From assembly GCA_032718475.1 (NCBI GenBank), contig JAUCBJ010006356.1, positions 1-36,934 of the forward strand: DNA of 36,934 bases, given 5' to 3'. The stretch is from Nemertoderma westbladi. Its lineage: Eukaryota > Animalia > Xenacoelomorpha. The translations under genes and the position numbers were made by a program. Positions 1 through 12,100 of this stretch are shown here, piece after piece (position 1 is the stretch's first letter; each line of letters starts with the position of its first letter). The notes beneath the pieces are model-generated. The model was not told the DNA's origin. It saw only the letters and a list, made by a program, of their open reading frames with translations, and did no database searches.

Positions 1-1345
1 AATTTGAAAATGAAAAATATCATTCCGAGAAAATGCCTTTCAAATTTTAAACTGTCCCGCCAAAATTGGCAGTCTGGTTGGTTAATTATTTCTGGCACAA
101 AGGATGCACACCAACGCGCTAACATATTCATTACGGGGGTTTCTGGGTCGCTGATTTCATTTCAGACGTCAGTTTTAATTTTTGGTGGAATCTAGTCTAT
201 CTGTCTGTCTGTCAGTTGTCTCTCTGGCTTACAATTTGACGGACAGACCGTCATACGGAAAAACAGTGATAACTCGAGAACTGAAAGAGGTCTCACTAAG
301 CGGTTTTCTGATTTGTAATCCTCATTAAATTCTGCTCTAGGTAAAATAAAGAAACAACAATTTGAAAATTTAACCTGAGGGGGGGTATACCCCCCCCCCC
401 CCTTAACAAGAACCGAGTAGCCCGCCGTGAAGCGCCACCATGATGGAAACATAAAAAAGTTTGGCGAAACATTTCAAAATTTGTTACTTTCTATTTGTGA
501 TTATTTAGGAAGTCTATGTGTCTTTTTTCTCATAATAATCACAAGTCTATAGGTCAATAGAACAGTATAAAATTTAACATTTATCTTTGGCCTTATTCCT
601 ACTCACGATTACAAAGGTAAGTTCATATAATATCTTGTGATTTCTATTGCCTTGCGAATTTTGTAATTCTGTTACGAAAAAATGTTGTATTTTTCTTGGT
701 ATTACAATTTCTACTACCATCGGATATTTAATGTTCAATATTCTCTGCATTGGTTACCAGAGCTATCGTTTCGCCAACCTTTTTTGGTAACGTTTTGGTA
801 ACGGAATTACACTGTGTAACGTATCCCATTGATTAGTTATTTGAATATTGCGGGTTATTTAAATACAGACGGGGCCCTTGGATGTTCTGCATCATTACTG
901 CATTAGGTCTATTAGACATTAGGTCATGCAATGTTAAGTCCTGCGATGTTAGGTCCAATAGACGTAGACATTAGGCCCTGGGACGTTAGGTAGTGGTTCT
1001 GTGAGACGTTATGCCTTATTGCCTTGATTGTGAGACTGTATATACAGTAGGTAGGGTTCTTTCCGTCATCAGTTTGTCCGTCAAAATTTAGAAGACAGAC
1101 AGATAGACAGGCTGTCAGACAGACATATTAGATACAACCAAACATTTAAAACTGACATCAGAAATGAAATCACCGACCCCGAAAACCGCCATATTGATGA
1201 TTTTAGTGAGTTGGTATGAAGACATAGTGTCAAACATTACTGACCGATTAACAGACTACAGATAGTCAGGTTTGAGCGGGAAGGTTCAAATATTAAAGCA
1301 AATTATGTGGGAATTACATTTCACGATATTTCCATTTTTCAAAAT
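1..1345. repeat. Two diverged inverted copies of a non-autonomous DNA-transposon-like repeat (~1-260 and ~1068-1345)
   Basis: ggtttctgggtcgctgatttcatttcagacgtcagttt (~138-175) is the approximate reverse complement of aaactgacatcagaaatgaaatcaccgaccccgaaaacc (~1148-1187), and the similarity extends on both sides. A related cctgagggg..taccccc..cttaa motif occurs at ~374-405 and ~2001-2040. Boundaries are approximate. Confidence 0.6.
450..786. mobile_element. Small MITE-like element with terminal inverted repeats
   Basis: aaaaaagtttggcgaaac (~453-470) versus gtttcgccaacctttttt (~768-785) is an inverted match around an AT-rich non-coding interior. TSD not resolved. Confidence 0.4.
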
Positions 1346-3819
1346 ACTACTCCTCCGCCGTTTTTCACCCAAATTCGATAATTTATGGCTCGTTTGAAAG
1401 GTTTTTTGAACATCTTGTAAAATTATCCAGCACTTTTTTGAAACATTTTTTTTTTAAATATTATTGAAAATTTTAATTAATTTTAATTAATAAATTTAAT
1501 TAATTTACTTAAAAATTAATAATTTAAAAAACTTAACTTAAAAACTTAAAAAACTGAGCTAGAGTGAAGATTACTGTTGGTGCTATCTTAATTTAAATAT
1601 GTTGAGACTGGTTTCGATTGTAAGCTAGTAGGTAGTCAAAGCACTATGGAAATTTCTGTATCTATATTGTTCTGTTGTTATCCTCTTGTTAACGTAATAA
1701 ATATTGTGGGAATAATTAAAAAAAAAAATGTTAATACAATTTAAAAAATCGGCTGGATAATTTTTGTAGAAACGAAGGTGCTGAGTCCAAAAAAGTTGGT
1801 TTCAAAAATTTGATAAATATTAAGGGACTAGTAGTGTTTTAGTGAAATATTTAATTCCGCCATTCGCCGCTAGAGGGACACAAAAAAAATTTACAATTTC
1901 AATTTTTGTTGCTCTTAGGCCTTCCCCACGTTTGCTGAACACAACATAACAGTGATATTGACCTACAACACGAAGTTTGAGCTGTTTAAAAAAAAACTCT
2001 CCTGAGGGGGTACCCCCCCCCCCCCCCCCCCCCCCTTAAGGGAAAGAAACAGGTTACACTATATACTGAAGACATTATACTTCAAATCACCGGCGCCTGA
2101 GATTAGATTTAGTTCCTGAGATTTTATGGGAAAAGTGCAGGTTACAGTGACTAGTTATTATAACCAAAACATTAAACGAGAGATAATCAATAGCACGCGT
2201 TATTGCAGTCAATTTTTGCTAGAAATCAAGTACTCAGCTGTAATGGGATGATTACCTGTAGTTAGTATCTCCGTTTTCATATCGGCTGTAGCAGTTCTGT
2301 TATAGGCCTATAGGCTGCCTTTTAAGTTTTCATGTAACGGTAGCTGGGTAGGCCTATGGCAACCCTACACACGCTACATACAGCCCTAACCTGAACACAG
2401 AACACTAAAGTTAAGCTGCTATAATCAAAGACATTTAGCTCAATTTAGTAAATTATGAGTTTTACATAACTGATTGCAGTGTAAATTAGGTTAAAAATTC
2501 GCACCGTAATTCCGTGACGTTTAGTTTTGTAATTCCCGTTAAACGATCAGAAACCTTCGAAACTGGAAATTGCGAAATTTAATATTATAATAGCTTCATA
2601 ACAGTGGGCAGCAAATATTAATTTTTAATATATTGTTTACGTGGTATGGTAACCAATGACGCCGTAACCTTACAGCTCGCCGCCATTGGTTACCACATAA
2701 ACAAGGGACATTACAAAACCAACACAATACTAATTGTATAGGCCAATACAATGCTTTAATGTCCTCTAAAGTTGTTAAGTGCTAAAAACAACTCGCTGTT
2801 ACTAACGGACATAGTTAATGGGACATAGGTAAAGCGTTTGTTTGGATGGATGGATAGGCTAGCACTACCCCCTAATTGGCCAATAACCAGAGTTAACAAA
2901 ACTAGCCCCCATCTACCGTTAGCTCCTATCTCTTCAATCCACAATATTATATTTAAAAAAATAAAAAATTTCTTAACCAAATTTAAAAATCTTAATTACT
3001 CATATATACATAGATTCTAGATGTAACTACTGTAAGACCAATTTGGATTAAAGATTAAGACATTAAAGATTAAGAGATAATCCAGTAATCAGTGGATTTT
3101 GTATCCAGAGTGTTCTTGAAATGGTCAAATAAGACATTTGCCAACAAACAGAATCTTTTGGTCTAAAACTAGATCGCCAGTACATAGGAATTCGATTCGC
3201 CATTGTTCATAATTATCACACATTCACGTTTTTTTCACTAATTTTTTTCACGAAATATTTTACACGTTCCCTCAAAGCGTAAAATGCTGTTAAGTTTTTT
3301 ATTATCTTTCTTGGTGTCTAAAACTCTATCATTGGTGCGTCACCAATTGCACATTTCCAACAATTATTCTTGGTTTCTAAATTTATCTAACAACGTAACT
3401 CAAATGTTTCGACATACGACGGTATATTTCGCTTACAGGTGAATATAACCGATAACAAAACATTGAATACATTGACAACATTGAATAATAATACGTAGTT
3501 TATTGTTCTTCATCATATTATTGTTCACTGTTATTGTACACTGAACACAGTTATCTGCAAATAATTATAAGTTCGTTATAGGCCTCCAAATAACAATTCA
3601 ATAATGTAATAATGGTTAGTTAATTCAAATATAACAGCACAAAATGCCCATATCCAATAGTTCGAGATATACCAGCAACATAAACTTACGAGCAAAACCC
3701 CAACCGATTTCAGACTACTTCACCAAAAATTCCCATCTGTCAGCAACTGGGAAGCACGGTAGCCAGACTGAATAACATTCTGAACCTAATCCTGTATTTA
3801 TAAGGTCTATTATTACCCA

Positions 3820-4317
3820 CTATTGACGCTTCTTGCGTATTAGCTTCTCGTCCTCAAACTGCCACAAAGAGCAGACGTTGGTTAGCAATTGCAATGCGTT
3901 TACAACGTAAATCGAAACGCAAACCACGCAGAAGTCACTGAGAATGTAATATAAAATAAATGCCAAGTACATAGAGCCTAAAACTGAAGTAATATTGAGG
4001 AAAACCAAAAGAAAACTGGCAGTTCTGGACCAGGACAATGCTATCACTGCCTGCAAGAGGTAATATACAATGCCTAGGATCGGGTTTGGAATGTTGAGTG
4101 GGCTGTCTGCACCGAGCAACGGGCCTACAATACCGAAGCCAGAACTGTACTCAGATGTGAGTACATTGGAGCATTGCATGTGTTCATTAATGTCGCACGA
4201 TGCTCTATAGTCCTTGTCGGCTTTCTTTCGAATCTCAACGTATAGCGCGTAAGCGGATAACGCGAGACCGAGGAGGCACAATACGGAACGCGATATCTGA
4301 ATTAAGAGTTTGCCCAT
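3820..4317 (-). CDS. VKORC1: Vitamin K epoxide reductase complex subunit 1-like protein (165 aa, intronless)
   Basis: ATG at 4317 (MGKLLIQ...). VKOR hallmarks: TM1 GLALSAYALYVE, loop cysteines in SCDINEHMQCSNVLTS, GFG, NPILGIVYY, redox motif CVVC and a C-terminal KKxx ER-retention signal (KKRQ). The ORF-track start at 4356 is a non-ATG extension. Confidence 0.95.
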   Translation of the reverse strand: MGKLLIQISRSVLCLLGLALSAYALYVEIRKKADKDYRASCDINEHMQCSNVLTSEYSSGFGIVGPLLGADSPLNIPNPILGIVYYLLQAVIALSWSRTASFLLVFLNITSVLGSMYLAFILYYILSDFCVVCVSIYVVNALQLLTNVCSLWQFEDEKLIRKKRQ

Positions 4318-4381
4318 AGTTCTGTCGTTGGTACCAGTACAGATGTATGCATACAATTCGATAGCCCTATGCCAGTATGCA

Positions 4382-4451
4382 GATTACCCGATAACAGGAT
4401 TACCCGATAACAGGATTACCCGATAACAGGATTACCCGATAACAGGATTAC
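4382..4451. repeat. 16-bp tandem repeat (gattacccgataacag) x4.4 just upstream of VKORC1
   Basis: Perfect units start at 4382, 4398, 4414 and 4430, followed by a partial unit. Confidence 0.95.
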
Positions 4452-5759
4452 TTTGTCGTTATTCCTGTATTCGTCGTTATTCGTTAGTGGTTCAGTGGTT
4501 AGGTTAGTCTAGTCGCCGTATCAAATTAATAAAGCAATTAATTAAGACTGTACAGCTCTGCAGCTGTAAGAATAATAAAGAATGATAGGCCTACCTATAC
4601 TGTATACGGCGCTACGGCTATACGAGTAGGCCTACTCCAGTATTCTGCATGTCAGTCAGTATGTCTGTCTGCCTGTACTGCTGTATGTGCAGTGCACACC
4701 GCGGCCTGCGCCTACATGTACATTGCAGCATTGTACATCATACATACTGCAGTACTGACATAAGTTCTGAACTTTAGACTGTTTATTACAGTATAAGGCT
4801 ACCTAATCCAATCGACCATACCACAACACGACCACCTACCCCATTCCCACTGTAGGATTGTTCTTGTAGCATTGTTCAGCTGTTAGTTAGTACAGTAGTA
4901 GGCCTATCGGTGTAACCCCCTGTGCAAGTTGATGTTAAATATTGACATACTACAGTACATACTAATACTATATTATATATATAATATTGCCAAAAATTTA
5001 ATCTACCGGTACTGTAGGCATAGGCCTATAGTATAATTAAATTTTATTCCAAAATTTTAACATTATCTATAGCGCCGTCTGAAATAACCCTTGGTTCAGT
5101 GTGAGCCTTCCTGTCGACTACTGTATTGATTGATTGAGTGATATTTTTTTCCAGATTAACAGATTAACAATATTAAACAATTTACATATTAAACACTAAA
5201 ATAAGGAACTGGTAAATAATATATAATAGTGTATAGTGTACGTGTAGCTACTACTGTATTTAATTCATTAAGTAATAGGTAGGGCCTACTGATCAAACTG
5301 AAAGTAAATAAAAATGTAACTGAAAATAGTGTAGTTGTGTAGTGAACGTCTATGATATCGGGCTTGTCTAATCAGCACGATTTATGATTACCTAATTAAA
5401 AGTTTAAAAATAGTCTTAATGAGTTGCACCAATTGCAAACGTTAAAATGGAGGGATAGCGTTTCCATAAGGGTCCCAGTGAAATTCAAAATACAGCGGGC
5501 GATGAATATTATTTAAAATACAAACAGAACGGATTGGTGAACGATTAAAATACAGGTGGAATGAGGCAGAGGGATTGACATATTTAAAAAATTTAGAAAT
5601 GGGCGTTGATAGTGACAATCTAAAAAATGATTAAAATTCAAGTAGGTTATGGTTGTGGCGGTGAGAAGTTTAAGTGGTGGTGGATTGATTAACTAAAAAA
5701 TGATTAAAATACAAAATGGGGGGCTGAGGCTGATGAACTTAAAAATAATTAAAAAGATT

Positions 5760-5920
5760 CACGCTGTCGGTAACGATCTGGCCCGGCTAAACGCTTTAGA
5801 CGACCCAATCCCTGGCTGTTGGATCGACGCGATCCCAGTATCGTCATTAGGCCTGAAACTAGCAGATGCCCAGCTCCGTATTTCAATAGCAACCCGCCTG
5901 GGATGTAAAGTAACGGACCA
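5760..5920 (+). mobile_element. Fragment of a CRE-like (restriction-like endonuclease) non-LTR retrotransposon ORF
   Basis: DLARLNALDDPIPGCWIDAIPVSSLGLKLADAQLRISIATRLG matches the ARL..A.....G.WL.A.P...LGL.L....R.A...RLG segment that precedes the zinc finger/RLE in CRE-type elements. Confidence 0.7.
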
Positions 5921-7600
5921 AGTGCTAAATGATTATAAGACCGCAAATACCCTAATACGCTAACTCGCTGAATGTTAATTGCGAATACCCCTCCGTTTCG
6001 CGAATAGCCAATTGTACACGTATAACCAAATAATAAAAGCGTTTTGCACAAACTGCGGGGGCGCTAAAGTCTTAACTTATTACTTTTAGATAGTCTTTGA
6101 AAGTCAAAGTCCTAACCCGATAACTGTGTATTGTCATGGAAACGTAATGGTTTCTTACCTGGACATCCATACAATGTATTTCAATTTATTGCACAGGCGA
6201 CATATTATTATGTAGTGAGTGATTGCCGTGGAATGGAAATACCTAGATATATTGACAATCGTTATTTCAAAATTCATCCGGTCTAATTGTTGAGATACCC
6301 CAAATTGAGGTTCTAAATTTGTGAAAATATTAGTGAAACAATTTTATGGTTAAAGAGAAAACTCTATTTGTTTTTATGTAGGGTAATGCGTAATTTTATT
6401 CCACAAAGTTGCCTTTTCTTTTATAGCAGGTAAATTACAATAATTAGTGCATTATAGGCGTACCTAAACGTGCGCTATTTTTATGAAAATTAACAACTTC
6501 TCGATGTGGTGATATCCTCGTAACGCAGCTAAGTAATAATCACAACTTAGTAACAATAAACTTCTATAACAAATATTGATAGTATTTCCCATTACTGATA
6601 ACCATTGATTGTAGGCGAAGTGTAAGTTTAGTTGATGTACCAACTGCAATTAATTGCATAAAAAGGATATGAATTTCATTAATATTCCTAAACATTACAA
6701 TATTAACGCTAATAATTAAGCTTTCAGAACGCCCTTAAATTGACATAATTTAACAAAATGGCACCATTTTGTGAAAAGGGCACTGTCAACGTTTATGAAT
6801 GAATGACCCTTGTATATTTATGGAAACATCCCTCGCCACCCTCGCTCGGTACATAAATACTGCTTATGTGAAACCTTTCACACAATCATGTAAAATAGTT
6901 ATAGTTTCACTTTTATCAATTTACAATATTTGCAGGAAAAAGTAATACAATTCAATCATTATTCGTGTAACATCAGTTATAAATCGATAAAATATGAAAG
7001 TTCCTTTACATAAATCATTACGTCGGTTTTTCTGACTTTTATTGTCTGCTATATTTTAATTTTTTTTACCTATTATCAATAATGTTTTTTACTTTCTCTC
7101 GTGTTATTTTAATTTTCGTTGGTTAGTCAATCACACTTATATTCAATTTGTACTAAGTGCTAAATGATTGTAAGACCGAAAATATTGATTGCGAATACCC
7201 CTCAGTTTCGCAAATAACCAATTTCACATCGAACACAAAAATAAAACCGTTTGCATAAACTCCGGGAGCGCTAAAGTCCTAACTTATACTTTCTTTTGAA
7301 AGTACTTTATACAATGTCCTAACCCGATAATTTTGTATTGTCATGGAAACCTAATGGTTTCTTACCTGGACATTGACAACTAGTCTAATGAAACATAGGC
7401 AAACCGAAATTTATTCCCAGACTGAAACGAATAAGAATGGTGAAATGGAAAATTTACACATAGATAGACAATCGTTATTAGAATATTTCCTCGTTTCGTC
7501 TATTGTTGAGATATAATAAAATACATAAAACACAAACTCAAACTGTGGCAAATTTAATTTGGGTTGTAAATTAGTGAAATTAGTTAGTGAAACAATAAAT
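5920..7600 (+). repeat. Two diverged direct copies of a ~430-bp repeat (~5920-6350 and ~7154-7600)
   Basis: Shared blocks in the same order: aagtgctaaatgatt.taagaccg, ttgcgaatacccctc.gtttcgc, gcgctaaagtc.taacttat, gtcctaacccgataa, tattgtcatggaaac.taatggtttcttacctggacat. Confidence 0.85.
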
Positions 7601-8309
7601 ATAATATGCGTCAGATTAATAATTAACACGTGTTAAAATTCAAAACAATTAAAATTCACTATAATGATAGGCTGCTCAGAGTAACTTAAACCCACATAAA
7701 TAATTCCCTTGAGTGAATTCTATCCGCGTAGGAGAAATTAAATATAAAAATGTTAATTATGCGATCATTTTAGACATTTTGATTTTATGAAAAGATAATG
7801 AAAGGAGTCATAGTGAAATTCTCATATTAAAGCAACGTTTCAAAACCAATCCGGATAATTCTAAAGTGCCGGGGGAAAATAAATTAACACAGTCCAAGAA
7901 TTGGAGCCGCACCTAACTAATATATCGTGGACACTGATAAAACACAAGATATACTGTATAATAATAATTTTGATGAAAAATATAGCATTAGTTGCATCAT
8001 TAACTGAAATATGACTCATCTCATTGCACTGATTCAAATGAATAGCCTTGAATTATTATATAGGAGCTACGGCAATTTTGATATTTTGTATCTCTTAGAA
8101 TTTTCCCAGGAGTCTTTTTCCCAAGTTTTGTTTTGAATCCGTTACTGTAAAATGATGATCCATTACCAAATTTAATATAACATTCCCTTGCAATAAATAG
8201 ACCTATAAACTGATTTGAAATTTTCAAAACCAAGTTTCATATCGTCACTACTGTAATCTTTGACAAGTTTTTCTGATAAATGAAAAATCAGGTATCCCGA
8301 ATGCCAACT

Positions 8310-8405
8310 AGCTAGGATCGGCATGCTGCATTGCAGCTGCATTTTTAAAAATGCTCTGCCGGCTTGTCGACAAAATTGCGCCGCCACAACTCCCTATCAC
8401 CCATG
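8310..8405 (-). mobile_element. 3' end of the RTE LINE whose body is at 21032-22110 (split by nested insertions)
   Basis: The minus strand reads MGDRELWRRNFVDKPAEHF*, continuing ...ADDLANV from ~21040. It matches the unsplit plus-strand copy at ~29590-29665. Confidence 0.8.
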
Positions 8406-8523
8406 CAGGGTTGTTTGAATTAAATCATTTGATTTAAATCATTGATATAAAAATCAAAAAAAATCAGATAGTTTTGATTTTTTTAAAATCATGAATTTTA
8501 TCAATCATGCTTTAAGGCCAGGA

Positions 8524-9095
8524 TGTTAGCGTATTCAATTCCGCTAGCCAGGCCCACAGAGAGCTGGGTTTTAAGCAATATTGGAACTACAAGGTTGATT
8601 ACCAATCAACCTTGTATCACCCCAATAAGCGGGGACAATAGGCCCCAAGGGAACACACACAGCGGGGGTCAGAGGTTATACCTCCGGGAGAGAGAGAGAG
8701 ATAGCAGCGGGGGGGAAGCACACCCAGGGGATAGAAGGGTGACAAGTGAGTTATTAGCCAATGGGGGGAAGGCATCGGCTGAGTAGTGTAATGCTGCCAA
8801 CCGTGCAATATATTACCAGCTACCATGTCATTTAGTTCAGTTATCTCATTCAGTCAGTCGGTTCAGTTAGGGCAGAGCGGTGACTTCTAATACCGTCCAC
8901 TGCCGCCATCATTCAGTTCATTTATATCTCATTCATAATAACTGCGTTTGTGCTTATCCTATTATATATTACCAGCTACCATCGTCAACAATAACTCTTA
9001 ATCTGACATTAAAACGCTTTTCATTCACACGGCGGGGACGCGTAATTAAAGAACCAAAACCGGATAAACCGGGATCCTCCGTAGATCCCGTCACA
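8524..9095 (+). repeat. 5' LTR (572 bp)
   Basis: Starts TGTTAGCG and ends CCGTCACA. TATA-like aatatatta at ~8808, Inr-like TCAGTT at 8837 and 8863, ATTAAA at ~9008 and ~9045. Differs from the 3' LTR by about 6 substitutions and one 5-bp indel (counted by eye). Confidence 0.97.
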
Positions 9096-9121
9096 GTATT
9101 AGAACTGAGCTGCTGCCCTAA
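9096..9121 (+). promoter_or_regulatory. Non-canonical primer-binding site complementary to LTR 8867-8893 (candidate self-priming site)
   Basis: No TGG tRNA-type PBS. GTATTAGAA (9096-9104) is the reverse complement of TTCTAATAC (8885-8893), and CTGCCCTAA (9113-9121) is the reverse complement of TTAGGGCAG (8867-8875). Confidence 0.6.
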
Positions 9122-9177
9122 GTATTAGAAACCAACAACCAAACTGTAGCTGCCAGCCACCGACCTAAAGACAAAAG

Positions 9178-12100
9178 ATGAGTCGAACAGGAGAGACGAC
9201 ACCGCCGCGGACCCCGGACGGCGACCTAACGATCCGTGAGGCCGCGACCCGACGGTATAGACCCACGACGCCGGACCCATCGTTAGCGGGCGATCCGGCA
9301 ACCAAAGACGAGGGGTGCCGTCTACAGCGAGAGGACGAGTCGGGAGAGAAGAGAGACGAGTCAACACACGACGGCGGTCGACGTGCCGATTTCGCCGGCC
9401 AGCCACAGGCCGAGGGCGACGGACAGCCCACCGGAACGGCAACGGTGGAGCCGCCGGTACGACGCCGGACCCGGAGAGATAGAGGAGATGTCGGGGACGA
9501 GGACGTCGGGGTCAGCAATCGACTTCGACGGGCCTACAACGCGACCCGGAAGTTACTCAAAGAGACTAAAGGAGGGGCCAAGATAGAACAGGTCAAGTTG
9601 AAAAGACGACTAGGTGAGTCGAATGAACATTTTAATTACCTGATGCGTTTTGGGCAGAGAGAACTAGCCGAGGAGAGAGCGAGAGGGGTTGCCAGCGAAC
9701 TGTTTGAACTATGGGAGTGTAGGGGTATGCAGCCTAGTGTAGTGTACATAGGGCCATACTTAGTCGATGCCCGGGGAGCAAAATTAGTGGGTTGGAGGAA
9801 ACCGAAGGAGGGCGAATCCGAGGTTAACCCCGAGGATTCGGTCTCGTCGGTTGGAGGGAGTTCCGGGAGGCGGGGGAGAGTTAGTAGGACGGGAAGGCGG
9901 AGGGAATCCGTCACAACCGATAAGTCCGCTACATCCTCCGCAAAAGAAAAACGGGTGCGGGCAATTGATCTGGCGTGCCAACTCGATCTGGCGGCGCTAG
10001 ACCAGAGAGAGGTAGAGAGACAGTTAGAGGAGGGGAGTGCGCTATTAAAGGAGGAAATGGAACTGGTTAGAGAGAACAGAGAGAGGGCCGAGAAGGTCGC
10101 GAGAAGCTTTAGGGAGTGCGAGGAAATAGGGAGGATAGAAAGGAAGGAGCAAGAAGAGCGCGAGGCGGCAAGTGAGGCGAGAGAGCAGAGTGAACATAGA
10201 GAGCGTGAGGCGGAACGTAAAGAGCGTGAGGTGGAACGTAAAGAGCGTGAGGCGGAACATAAAGAGCGTGAGGTGGCGAGGGAGGCGAGACGGCTTGAGA
10301 GAGTTGCGAGAGAGGCGGAATTAGCCGATCAGAGTGCGCGGGAGGATCAGGAGAGAAAGGCAGCGGGGAAGCGTGTGCGGGATGGTTTACATGCCCGCCT
10401 AAAGGGGCTTATGGAATATCAATCCAAACAGAAGCGCAGACTGGAACTGGCGCAGATGGGGTTGTCAGAGAGTGACGCTGGCTCGAGTATTCTCGAGGAG
10501 CCAAGAGTTGTGGAAGCATTTATTAGTACCCCACTTACAGGGACCGCATGACAGACCCAAGACTGGTGTGTCCGTACGGGTGGGGGGGGGGGGGGGGGGG
10601 GTAATAATATTAGTACAGTAGACAACGTTAATATTAATAGTACCGTATTAGATAATTCTAATCAAACTTTCATTGCAGGAAATATTATTTTGCCCGACAG
10701 TAGTAATTTAAATCAGAGTGATTCTAAAATTAATGTAGGAAATAATTCAAATAATGTAATTACGCAAAATAATCCGAATAATATAATTACGCAAAATAAT
10801 CCGAATTTTTCAAAATAATTCAAATAATCCTATTTCGAATGAGCAAAATAATTCTGTTTCTAATATGGGCGCACAAAATAACTTAATTGAGTTAGGGACT
10901 TAATTGATCTAACCAATGGCAATATTAGTGGTGCTATTAACGTGAACGTGTCAGATGTGTATAACCCGGCAGATGAGGGCCTGGTAGGCCATACAGTCAG
11001 TAGGCAGGAGGTTGCGGGGTTGAGCCAACCCGAACAGGGCCTGGTGGGCCACGTAGTTAGTAGGCCGAAAGTGGCGGGGTTGAGCCAACCCGAAGAGGGC
11101 CTGGTAGGCCACGTAGTTAGTAGGCAGGAAGTGGCGGGGTTGAGTCAACCCAGCGAGGGCCTGGTAGGCCACATAGTTAGTAGGCAGGAAGTAGAGGGCC
11201 TGGTAGGCCACACAGTAGCAGAGGGAGAGGCGGGGGTAAATAGACCCAGCCGCAGTAGGGTTAATGTGTCGGCTAGAGAGGGGTGTAGTAGCGAAGTAAG
11301 AGATAGTGAAGTTAGATGTGGCGAGTGGGGGGGGGGGGGGGGGGGGCCTACAGGAGCCCCACAACGACAAGTTAGCGGCGAGGGGGGGGGGGCAGAGAGC
11401 GCCCCACAGGCGTCGACGGATAATGCGCGGGCCGAGATAGGTAAACCGCAACACCCGGCGACGGAGAGTAATAGGGGGATTGCGAGTATCCCCAGCGGCA
11501 TGCAATCGAGCAGAGGGAGACAGGTTGACGTCGCGAGAGGGCGGACGAAGCGTCGAGCCCAATCAGAAGAGGGAAGAAGAACAGTGGAGTTTAACCGGGA
11601 GGTCGATGAGAGATCTCACGAGCGGGAATACTGCACTACAGAGAGAAGAAAGGAAGAGAGTAGAAGAAGTGTCGCCACGAACGACAGGAGAGCGAGGACG
11701 GATAGCCAGCCGTCGGTAGTAGAGGTGGAGACGGAGAGTCAGTGGGGTAGAACTTCGGGAGATTGCCGTCACCCCGGAGGAACGCGACCTGACGAGGCGT
11801 ATTGCGCGCAGAGAGAGGGGTACGGGATGTACCAGCACGAGAACGAGAGCAGTAGAGGGGGTCGAAGAGAAACTTCCGACGGGATATACCTACTGATCGA
11901 GAATACGGTAGCCGCGGGGAGGATTATTCGAGAAGGATAAACTTCAATGCCGAGCGACACATACAGACTGCAGGACATACTGTAGGCCTTACTGCACATA
12001 CCATAGGCCATGCTGAGAGAGATAATATAGGCGATAGGATAGCGCGAACAACGTGATTAAACCCGGAAGTCGCGGAGTATATACCGGCAGGTAGGCCAGA

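Noticed and set aside
900-995. Telomeric TTAGG repeats
   Set aside because: TTAGG occurs only within degenerate ~15-bp units, not as a contiguous array; likely TE subterminal repeats.
6150-6165. U1 snRNA 5' end (CTTACCTGG), also at ~7360
   Set aside because: The downstream sequence does not resemble U1; better read as a minus-strand splice-donor-like motif.
8523-8826. 87-aa and 69-aa ORFs duplicated at 19307-19610
   Set aside because: They lie inside the LTRs, so the duplication reflects LTR identity; no recognisable domain.
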